IMG/VR virus record: IMGVR_UViG_3300032116_018935 | Span: 1 to 44,661 of that record | Reading direction: 5' to 3' (one strand) | DNA length: 44,661 bases | Source of the DNA: a virus | Lineage: Duplodnaviria; Caudoviricetes | Shown here: in pieces, positions 38,560 to 44,661 of the stretch | How the letters are laid out: every line of letters starts with the position of its first letter | How positions within the stretch are numbered: the stretch's first letter is position 1 | Made by a program: the position numbers and the translations under genes | The notes under the pieces: generated by a model | Seen by the model: the letters and a program-made list of their open reading frames with translations, nothing else | Told to the model about the DNA's origin: nothing | Database searches by the model: none

Positions 38560-39306
38560 TTACTCTTTGTATTCTCTTATAACACTCTGTATCCATCCCC
38601 TGAAAATACTAATTCTAGTATGGCAACTTTCGTCACCAAATGATGAATCCGGTTTTCTATCTGCTGCCATAACGCAAGAGTTTATTCCTGCTAATTTTTT
38701 ATCTATAAATAGCCCTCCGCCACTGTCTCCGCTGGCGGTAATGAATTCAAGTTCTGTTTTATCTTTATTTGATGCTGAGCATATCAGGACATGTTTATCT
38801 GATCCATCTATTATATTGAGTCCAGCTCTTTTAAAATCGTCTGATTTATTACATCCTGTTTCGAAAGTGCCATGAAGACCATATCCAGACATAGAGCATA
38901 TCTTTCCTATTTCATCGTTATCAGCATATAATACTGGATAACTGGTTAATTCCATGTCATCATCACATAGACACAATGCTATATCGTATTCTCCAAAATT
39001 ATCATAATTAAAGTCTTTATGAGGTATTATTTTTTTTATTTTTATTTCCTTATTGTTGATTGAGATTTTGCAAGTTCTTACGTCCTTAACGACATGAGCA
39101 GCGGTTATGATCCATTTTGGTTCTATAGCCACTCCTGATGCGCAATAATATTGATTATTAAGATCTTTTCCACATAATTTACCAACGCAATCGAACTGTT
39201 TTCCATACTCTATATATTTTAAGTCTTGATTTGTTGGGTCTATGGTTCCTGACAGAACACAATGTGAACATAAGAAGAAAAGAATTAATATAATTAATAG
39301 TCTCAT
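38560..39306 (-). CDS. Secreted trypsin-like (S1) serine protease
   Basis: Signal peptide, ITAAH, YDIAL, GDSGG triad motifs. Confidence 0.93.
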   Translation of the reverse strand: MRLLIILILFFLCSHCVLSGTIDPTNQDLKYIEYGKQFDCVGKLCGKDLNNQYYCASGVAIEPKWIITAAHVVKDVRTCKISINNKEIKIKKIIPHKDFNYDNFGEYDIALCLCDDDMELTSYPVLYADNDEIGKICSMSGYGLHGTFETGCNKSDDFKRAGLNIIDGSDKHVLICSASNKDKTELEFITASGDSGGGLFIDKKLAGINSCVMAADRKPDSSFGDESCHTRISIFRGWIQSVIREYKE

Positions 39307-39347
39307 AATATCACCTGACTATTGCTTATTATAATTACACTAATTTA

Positions 39348-39656
39348 CTATATTTTTCTTAAGATATATTTTGAATAATATTCACTACACATTTGAATAA
39401 CATTTGGATTATAATATTTGTAATCCATAAAATGACCGAATGTTATATGACATGGACTATCACATAATGTAACAAGATTTCCAGGATCCAGTTCTCTTGA
39501 TGGGTCAATATGAACAGGAATAATATGATGAACTTCTACTTTTTTTGATCTTCCACAAGCTATACAATCAGGATTATTCTTAAGATGTTCCTTTCTCACT
39601 GTTGACCATTTAGGAGATCTGGTTGCGTACCTTAGTTTTTTAAAAAGACCGAGCAT
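39348..39656 (-). CDS. Small HNH endonuclease
   Basis: CIACG, EVHHIIP, NLVTLC..CH...H; TGATG overlap with the actin gene. Confidence 0.88.
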   Translation of the reverse strand: MLGLFKKLRYATRSPKWSTVRKEHLKNNPDCIACGRSKKVEVHHIIPVHIDPSRELDPGNLVTLCDSPCHITFGHFMDYKYYNPNVIQMCSEYYSKYILRKI

Positions 39657-40657
39657 CAGAGAACCTTGGATGCTATAAGGCATCCTTTACTAACGGCGTG
39701 TAAAGGATCTGATGCGTGTTTGACCTCTCTGATTTCTAGTGGAAATCCATTCTCTAATAATTTTTTAGCAAATATTTCGATATATCCATTAGCTTGAGAT
39801 GTTCCTCCAGCAACAACAACCAATAGTGGATTTTTAAATTTAGGCAATAATTTATGATTACTCAATGCAAAAGATAATTGCTTTGTGGTATAATCTATTA
39901 ATCTATCATAGTATGATGACACTGCTGATAATATCGGATTATCTGTATGCTCACCTATCTTAAAACCACCATTTTCTTTTTCTGCCTGAACAACACTGTC
40001 TTTTTCTCCAGTTGCTATAGCGCTCATTCTATCTATCCAATCACCAGACTTAGTTGTACTAAATACAACCGTAGGCTCTCCATTTAGCATCACACAAACG
40101 TTTGTCATTCCAGCACCACAACTAACACCTATTCCTGTATAATCATCATCACCAAGTTCAGAATAGCATAATGCCTCAGCTTCATTAATTGCCCTAGCAT
40201 CATAACCACACTCACTTAGTATAGATTTTACAACATCTTCATGATATCCGATATCAAAATCTTCATCTTCTTGATCTACTGGTTGAGCAGGAACGCAGAA
40301 AACAAGTTTCTCTTCTGGTTCGCTTGCTTGTCCAGCAACTTCTTTTAATATGAATGCTAATACTCTTTTTGCATCTTTCTCTTTTGCAGAAACAACTCCT
40401 TTACTCATTGGTCTTTTAGCATTATCATTTCTTTCTATTGCTTTCTCTATGGCATCTTTTCCTAATAAAATGAAACTTCCATCTGAATCCTTAATAAAAA
40501 CTTTACCAGAAAGTCCTTTTTCAATCATCTTTGTAGCAACGGGCGTTGTAGGTTTTATTACATAAAATGCATCTCTAAAATCCTTATATACTATTTCATT
40601 ATTTGATTCTTGAGACAATACAATATAACTTGTTCCAACATCTAATCCTTTGCTCAT
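39656..40657 (-). CDS. Actin-fold ATPase, volactin-like family
   Basis: GLDVGT (phosphate 1), INEAEA (connect 1), VSCGAGMTNV (phosphate 2), VAGGTS (adenosine), AVSKG (connect 2). Confidence 0.88.
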   Translation of the reverse strand: MSKGLDVGTSYIVLSQESNNEIVYKDFRDAFYVIKPTTPVATKMIEKGLSGKVFIKDSDGSFILLGKDAIEKAIERNDNAKRPMSKGVVSAKEKDAKRVLAFILKEVAGQASEPEEKLVFCVPAQPVDQEDEDFDIGYHEDVVKSILSECGYDARAINEAEALCYSELGDDDYTGIGVSCGAGMTNVCVMLNGEPTVVFSTTKSGDWIDRMSAIATGEKDSVVQAEKENGGFKIGEHTDNPILSAVSSYYDRLIDYTTKQLSFALSNHKLLPKFKNPLLVVVAGGTSQANGYIEIFAKKLLENGFPLEIREVKHASDPLHAVSKGCLIASKVL

Positions 40658-40660
40658 AAT

Positions 40661-40960
40661 TTACCTCTTTAAATTTTTAAGTTTGTTAATTGACGATTCT
40701 ATATTTTCGTTAGTTTTTTTAGTTTCGCCAAGAGTTTCGTATTTCTTTTCTAGTCCTTTTGTATTTATATCTATAACGTGTTTTCTTTCGTCTATCGCTA
40801 TCGAATTTATCTGCGTAGTTTTATTTTGTTCAAAGAAAGATTTTGGCTGACTCCCAATATTAGCCTGACTACTACCTTTCCCCAATAAATAACCACAAAC
40901 AAAAGATATTAAATTCAAAACTAATAATATGCCTAATAAAATTATATTTGTGTCATTCAT
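40661..40960 (-). CDS. Single-pass membrane protein upstream of the actin
   Basis: N-terminal hydrophobic helix, basic amphipathic C-terminus, 3-nt gap to the actin. Confidence 0.75.
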   Translation of the reverse strand: MNDTNIILLGILLVLNLISFVCGYLLGKGSSQANIGSQPKSFFEQNKTTQINSIAIDERKHVIDINTKGLEKKYETLGETKKTNENIESSINKLKNLKR

Positions 40961-40992
40961 GATATTGTTCCCTTTGTTTTTACACCAAATAC

Positions 40993-41025
40993 AAAAAATA
41001 AAGGGGCCAAATTGACCCCTTTATT
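40993..41025 (-). terminator. Rho-independent terminator after ruvB
   Basis: AATAAAGGGGTCAATTTGGCCCCTTTATT hairpin followed by a T tract. Confidence 0.85.
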
Positions 41026-41055
41026 AACTGCAATAATAATGATATAATCTAATCT

Positions 41056-41964
41056 CTATGGTATATTACCCAATATTCTGCCCTTTTGTGTTCTTATCAC
41101 ATATCCTTTTCGCACTAGATAAGGCTCTATGCTATTCTCTATTGTATCAATTGCTATACCTGTCATTGATGATACAGACTTTAGTCCTAGAGGGGTTCCT
41201 TTAGACTTCTTTAATAAATTCAGATACATTCTGTCGTATACATCAAATCCATTCTCATCTATTCCTTGAACATTAAAAATCTCATCTACACTAGCCCCGT
41301 CATTATGACAAGACTTATAATTTTTATACCACTGTAGTCTACCATTCAAAATTCTTGGAGTTCCTTTGCTTCTTTTTGCAATTTCCAAAAGTTCTGAGTC
41401 ATTTATGACTATTCCCATTTTATCGCAATTCAACCTGGCTAGTTTAGCTAGATCAACTTCATTATAAAAGGATAAATGCTCCTTTATTGTGAACCTATCG
41501 TAGAATGGTTGGCTTAAAGTTCCTCCACTAGTAGTTGCTCCAACAATAGTAAATGCAGGAAGGTCTATACTTTCAGGTTTTTCCTTATCCTCATCATCTT
41601 TTACCGTCATATTTATGACAAAATCTTCCATAACAGGGTAAAGAAATTCTTCTACAATTTTTGGTAATCTGTGAATCTCGTCTATAAAAAGAACAGAACG
41701 AGATTCTATTCCCATAATATATGGCATAATATTTTTTATACCACGAATTGATGCTGCGTTTGTCGTATACAGATTTACCCCAAGTTCGTTGGCTATAGCA
41801 CTCGCTATTGTGGTCTTTCCCAGCCCCGGTGGTCCGTCTATTAAAACGTGAGGCATCGCAGCGCCTCCGTTTTTACAACCTGTCACAGAGACTCGTAGAC
41901 GCTTTATAACGTCATCCTGACCGATGACTTCATCGAATGTTGATGGTCTTATTGCTTTTCCCAT
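41056..41964 (-). CDS. ruvB: Holliday junction branch-migration ATPase RuvB
   Basis: RPSTFDEVIGQ, GPPGLGKT, LFIDEIHRL, GATT, DRF, GTPRI, IEPYL; GGAGG RBS before MGKAIRP. Confidence 0.95.
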   Translation of the reverse strand: MGKAIRPSTFDEVIGQDDVIKRLRVSVTGCKNGGAAMPHVLIDGPPGLGKTTIASAIANELGVNLYTTNAASIRGIKNIMPYIMGIESRSVLFIDEIHRLPKIVEEFLYPVMEDFVINMTVKDDEDKEKPESIDLPAFTIVGATTSGGTLSQPFYDRFTIKEHLSFYNEVDLAKLARLNCDKMGIVINDSELLEIAKRSKGTPRILNGRLQWYKNYKSCHNDGASVDEIFNVQGIDENGFDVYDRMYLNLLKKSKGTPLGLKSVSSMTGIAIDTIENSIEPYLVRKGYVIRTQKGRILGNIP

Positions 41965-41965
41965 T

Positions 41966-42385
41966 TTATAGTCCTCCAATTTTTGCTATTGCTCTTTTAA
42001 CAAGTAATGATGCATCCTCTGTGTCTATAGATTCAGAGAACACTATTCCAATATATTCTGTTGATTCTTTTTTGCTATATCCCAATGATATCATCATGCT
42101 AATTGCACGATTCAATACTTGAGATGAACTATCAATTTTAGCAGTTTCGTCCACAGTGTCAACTGCTTTTTTAAGCGAATCTTCTATAGAGTATTCAATA
42201 GTAAGATTTTTTATGCGTTTTGGTTTAAAGACTGTACCGCACTCACAGACTACTTTAAAATTTTTGGTTTGTACTTCTTTCAGATACAACCAATGATGAT
42301 ATCCACAATCATTGTTTGGGCATTTATATTTGAATGATGCTTCAAATTCAATCGGTCTCAGGTTTTTCTTTTTGTTTATATTCAT
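41966..42385 (-). CDS. Zinc-finger protein with a RuvA domain III-like C-terminus
   Basis: CPNNDC...CECG; AISMMISLGYSKKES...LVKRAI resembles the RuvA C-terminal ALxxLGY...IxxAL; abuts ruvB. Confidence 0.7.
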   Translation of the reverse strand: MNINKKKNLRPIEFEASFKYKCPNNDCGYHHWLYLKEVQTKNFKVVCECGTVFKPKRIKNLTIEYSIEDSLKKAVDTVDETAKIDSSSQVLNRAISMMISLGYSKKESTEYIGIVFSESIDTEDASLLVKRAIAKIGGL

Positions 42386-42782
42386 CTGAAATCCAAAAAA
42401 CAAAGTCATTTGTTTCAGCGTCGTATGCTGTTTCTACCATTCCTTTGTTTACCAAACCATTTAGTATATTACTTACCATTCTATCATTTAGAGATACTAT
42501 AATTTCCATGAATAAAGAGTCATTTAACATATATCTTATATTACTTGTTTTTTTATTCTTTTGTTTTTTCAACATCGTAGTTATGATTATTTTTGACTCG
42601 TCAAAAGATAATATACTATTGAGTTCATCCCTATCTTTTTCGTCTATTTTCATATCAAGCAAATCAACTTCAGTATTTTCTTCTTTTTTTGAACCAAAAT
42701 TATTGAATACTAATGCTCTGGATGATTCAGTAAGTCCGTCAATATCTTTTACCACAAACCATTCATCATTTGTAAAATCCAT
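42348..42782 (-). CDS. Hypothetical protein
   Basis: AGGA RBS; operonic. Confidence 0.75.
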   Translation of the reverse strand: MDFTNDEWFVVKDIDGLTESSRALVFNNFGSKKEENTEVDLLDMKIDEKDRDELNSILSFDESKIIITTMLKKQKNKKTSNIRYMLNDSLFMEIIVSLNDRMVSNILNGLVNKGMVETAYDAETNDFVFWISDEYKQKEKPETD

Positions 42783-42790
42783 AATATATC

Positions 42791-43162
42791 CTAATTAAGT
42801 ATTTCGTAAAGTCCTTTATAGTATTGAGGCTGGCGTAAAAAATACCCAGCATTAGATTGTAAATGGTTGACATATTCATTTTGCAATTTGTTCTGTATAA
42901 AATGTTTCTTTTTCCATACTCCTTCATTCCAATAGTTGTTCCCCAAGTACAGGGAGTTTTTATCCCCCGCTGTACTGGAGAACCAACTACTCACAGGTAA
43001 CGATTTGTATGGAAATCCTTCTATATTAGTTATTTTATAATCCCAACCTGACTCTGACAACTTCTTGACTATCTCATCAATATATTTTGCTATCCATTCA
43101 GTATCAAACTGAAAATAAAATTTGTAAGGATCGTTTTCATAGTTATCAGAATCTTGGTGCAT
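42791..43162 (-). CDS. Hypothetical protein
   Basis: Operonic ORF. Confidence 0.7.
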   Translation of the reverse strand: MHQDSDNYENDPYKFYFQFDTEWIAKYIDEIVKKLSESGWDYKITNIEGFPYKSLPVSSWFSSTAGDKNSLYLGNNYWNEGVWKKKHFIQNKLQNEYVNHLQSNAGYFLRQPQYYKGLYEILN

Positions 43163-43163
43163 A

Positions 43164-43421
43164 TTATGATTTTATCTTGTATCTTTGTTGGTTATGTCTT
43201 TTAGATGTTCTACCTCTACGTCCACTAAATCCCAGTCTTTTTATGATATTTCTAATAGTCTGTCCACTTAAAAAGTACTTTTTACCATAAAACGTATTTT
43301 CTTCAAAATAATAGTAAAGGTCTTTTGCCGATCTTGATTCATCCATTAATTCAATAAACTTTTTCTTTGCTTCTTCATTAGACAATAAAAATTGTAAAAG
43401 AGGATTAGTGTGTCGTCCCAT
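43164..43421 (-). CDS. Small basic protein, possibly HTH-like
   Basis: AAGGA RBS; LSGQTIRNIIKRLGF followed by an Arg-rich tail. Confidence 0.7.
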   Translation of the reverse strand: MGRHTNPLLQFLLSNEEAKKKFIELMDESRSAKDLYYYFEENTFYGKKYFLSGQTIRNIIKRLGFSGRRGRTSKRHNQQRYKIKS

Positions 43422-43465
43422 TAGTTATGTTCCTTAGTTGAGTAATTTAATAAATTATTTCAAAC

Positions 43466-43515
43466 GAGCCGTGTCAAAAGGGGATGGTTGACCCAATCCC
43501 CCTGACACAAAACTC
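43466..43515. other. Long GC-rich stem-loop directly downstream of the primase gene
   Basis: GTGTCA/TGACAC outer and GGGGAT/ATCCCC inner stems; no clear downstream U tract. Confidence 0.6.
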
Positions 43516-43516
43516 A

Positions 43517-44661
43517 TCAGCCGATACAAAATTGATCACTAATCTGGTTTGCCAGATCACGGGCAGCACCAGAAAGGAATCGGTTGTTGCTGAAATACAA
43601 CGCTGTAGACGCTTGATTGAGGTACTCGACCACCGTTTTTAAGAGTTTGGCCTGGGACTCACTCAAATCTAAACCGCTGTCACCAGCGTGAGAAGGAAGC
43701 ACTGGCGACGGATCACCATAAGCCTTTTCATACTTGCTGTTATAAGCCTTTGAAAGATCCTCGTTGTAACTATTTGGAGTCTGATTATAAGACGCCCAAG
43801 CACTACTCATAGAGTTCTTTTGACCACAATAATCAGCACTACTATTAGAGTAAACAGGCTTCTGATTATTTAGTTCATTCAAAATCTTTTGAGCAGCATC
43901 AACTGTTACAGGGATTCCTGTAATATCGGAATTCTTATATGTTTTACGCCACTGCTCAAACCAAGCATCGCTTGTTGCATTAGGAACAATGTTAACTGTT
44001 GCTGGTTGACCAGTTAATGCTTCAATCAAATCCTTAACATTAACTGTTTGACCAGACGAACCTTTTAGAATAGTAGAGTAATAAGGAGCCTTTTTCTCCC
44101 AGCACTTACGCCACCAAGTATAAGGAACACGATAAATCTGATTAATCTTGATGGCTCTTGCATCTCCACCAAAGTAATTTACTAGTTTCTTCTGAATACC
44201 ATTCCAGCGAGTCTTGTTAAGAGACTGTCTACTCAGTCCATCAAGAACCCAATAGACTTGATATCCATTGCGAGTATCAACTACCCAACTAGGCTTAACA
44301 GGAAAACCGTTGATCTTCTGAAGAAACTCTGTCTTTTTAGCCATTACTTCCTTAGAAGAAAGATAATTACCATTAGCATCTCTACCAGCATCAATATCAA
44401 CAAAGCAGGCTCGTACTTCGTTAATAGCATACTGCTTTCGTCCACCATTTACATAAAAGTAAACGTCTGAATCATTGTTCAAATTAGCATGAACTGCTGT
44501 TGTTAGGTTATCAGTATGGGCCATGCTACTAATCTTTTTACGAGGATTACCATTGTAGCAATAAATTTGTTGGGGACCAAATGAGCTAATAAACTGTCCT
44601 CTCATTTTACAATGATCGGTATCAAAAGCATTATTTGTGTTCTTGTCGTAAGGATTAAAAC
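43517..44661 (-). CDS. RepB-type (archaeo-eukaryotic superfamily) primase-domain protein, start beyond or near the window edge
   Basis: VYFYVN, CFVDID, PSWVVDTRNGYQVYW, YRVP; the frame stays open from 44605 to the window end. Confidence 0.8.
   Translation of the reverse strand, partial: FNPYDKNTNNAFDTDHCKMRGQFISSFGPQQIYCYNGNPRKKISSMAHTDNLTTAVHANLNNDSDVYFYVNGGRKQYAINEVRACFVDIDAGRDANGNYLSSKEVMAKKTEFLQKINGFPVKPSWVVDTRNGYQVYWVLDGLSRQSLNKTRWNGIQKKLVNYFGGDARAIKINQIYRVPYTWWRKCWEKKAPYYSTILKGSSGQTVNVKDLIEALTGQPATVNIVPNATSDAWFEQWRKTYKNSDITGIPVTVDAAQKILNELNNQKPVYSNSSADYCGQKNSMSSAWASYNQTPNSYNEDLSKAYNSKYEKAYGDPSPVLPSHAGDSGLDLSESQAKLLKTVVEYLNQASTALYFSNNRFLSGAARDLANQISDQFCIG

Noticed and set aside
498-44470. 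All plus-strand ORFs in the track (e.g. 3688..4074, 42334..42798)
   Set aside because: They are antisense shadows of well-supported minus-strand genes, with no motifs or RBS
1-44661. Stop-codon reassignment
   Set aside because: Genes are full length in the standard code, and TAA, TAG and TGA all end genes at sensible positions
1-44661. tRNA, rRNA, riboswitch, integrase or transposase
   Set aside because: None recognised by eye; intergenic gaps are short, and the 3960-4215 gap shows no cobalamin riboswitch pattern I could identify (an Infernal scan would settle it)

Overview
A 44.7-kb, AT-rich (roughly 30% GC by eye), gene-dense segment of a large tailed bacteriophage genome in the standard genetic code. 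About 55 genes all lie on the minus strand, many with overlapping start/stop codons. In transcription order (right to left) it carries: a RepB-type primase-domain gene; a Zn-finger/RuvA-domain-III fusion plus RuvB; a membrane protein and an actin-fold ATPase resembling archaeal volactin; HNH nucleases; a secreted trypsin; a macrodomain protein; a sugar-modification island (GT4/GT2 glycosyltransferases, two NDP-sugar C-methyltransferases, a class I methyltransferase, a SET protein, a nucleoside deoxyribosyltransferase); GMP reductase; a bacterioferritin-like protein; a sigma factor; ClpP; a DeoC-like protein; virion/fibre genes; a holin-like membrane-protein cluster with two papain-family paralogues and no recognisable muralytic endolysin; a 1808-aa CotH-kinase/FN3/lamin-tail protein; a 1113-aa Asn/Gly beta-solenoid; dCMP deaminase; class II ribonucleotide reductase; PhoH; and an FmdB zinc ribbon. 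Best leads: the volactin-like phage actin, a possible protease-based lysis or envelope module, the chimeric CotH kinase, and a recurring set of host-derived enzymes with lost catalytic residues. All family calls come from motif recognition by eye; no searches were run.
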